The notes beneath the pieces are model-generated. The model had not been told where the DNA came from, did no database searches, and saw nothing but the letters and a program-made list of their open reading frames with translations. Positions 38,218-38,733 of a stretch of 38,733 bases of DNA are shown here, piece after piece. The position numbers and the translations under genes are program-made. Origin of the DNA: a virus (taxonomy: Duplodnaviria > Heunggongvirae > Uroviricota > Caudoviricetes). Positions within the stretch are counted from its first letter, which is position 1. Each line of letters begins with the position of its first letter. The DNA lies in the IMG/VR virus record IMGVR_UViG_2698536454_000017. One strand, 5' to 3'.

Positions 38218-38733
38218 TTAGCTCTTTTCAGGACATTTAGTATTTGGCTGAATACGCGTTTCGTTATACGTTGTGGTAATAACAACGGCTAAACCTGTCG
38301 TAAACTGGCACTCTTTACCCACCTGGGTAGAGGTATACACTTTGGTGCCTTCCTTATATGTTAAAGAAACACCTTCCACTAAGGTTTTATCATTCACCAT
38401 AGAACCCACTGCCGCGCCTACAGCTCCGCCGCCAACTGCCCCTGCCGTCGTTCCGGAATTGCTGCCAGAACCGACGTTGTGGCCGATAACACCGCCAGCG
38501 ACTGCGCCAATAAGCGCGCCGAAGGCTTGTGCGTTCCGTTTATTTTGGGAGTTGTCTACGGCAACTTTTGCGGGAAGAATGGAAATAATATTAACGGTTT
38601 TAGTTTCTTGTTTGGTATTCAGTTGATCGGTTTGATAAACATCGGCGGCATGATCGTCAGCATTTGACTGGCATCCTGCCAGAGTGAATGACGCTAACAT
38701 TGCCACAGGCAGAAGACATTTTTTAAATTTCAT
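38218..38733 (-). CDS. lipoprotein with glycine-zipper segment (171 aa); start codon is the last 3 nt of the window
   Basis: Lipobox FTLAGC; GALIGAVAGGVIGHNVGSG glycine-zipper-like stretch. Confidence 0.55.
   Translation of the reverse strand: MKFKKCLLPVAMLASFTLAGCQSNADDHAADVYQTDQLNTKQETKTVNIISILPAKVAVDNSQNKRNAQAFGALIGAVAGGVIGHNVGSGSNSGTTAGAVGGGAVGAAVGSMVNDKTLVEGVSLTYKEGTKVYTSTQVGKECQFTTGLAVVITTTYNETRIQPNTKCPEKS

Overview
This 38.7-kb window reads as a mosaic temperate lambdoid/P22-like phage (probably a prophage). Layout: 1-5446 leftward early operon on the minus strand (N-like antiterminator, small unknown genes, Erf recombinase, a frameshifted SSB-like gene), interrupted by a tnpB-only IS200/IS605-family element (about 2900-4200). 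5890-7606 lambda-like immunity region (nutL, PL/OL, cI with a co-transcribed membrane protein, OR/PR, cro, nutR). 7663-10500 cII, replication initiator with internal iteron-like repeats, DnaB-type helicase, terminator. 10516-15301 nin-like region (NinB, orphan Dam-type methyltransferase, Rha/antirepressor-like, low-GC HNH endonuclease, RusA, NinH-like, Q-like antiterminator). 15393-15548 two tRNA genes. 15793-16905 pinholin/SAR-endolysin/Rz-Rz1 lysis cassette. 16984-17463 a DUF2829-like (Tad2-like) gene. 18206-32158 P22-like terminase, portal, scaffold, coat, tail-accessory, needle and ejection genes. 32167-33076 a three-gene moron. 33320-35563 tailspike with a P22-type head-binding N-terminus and an SGNH-esterase domain. 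35666-37466 a second, non-homologous lysis cassette (holin-like proteins, GH19 endolysin, spanins). 37663-38733 two minus-strand secreted/lipoprotein genes. No rRNA or CRISPR array was seen. All calls come from reading the six-frame ORFs, motifs, gene order and recalled knowledge of protein families; no database search, RNA folding or tRNA scan was run. The ORF track accepts GTG/TTG/CTG starts, so several starts were re-chosen by hand at ATG/GTG codons with a Shine-Dalgarno sequence (SD) and remain uncertain by a few codons.
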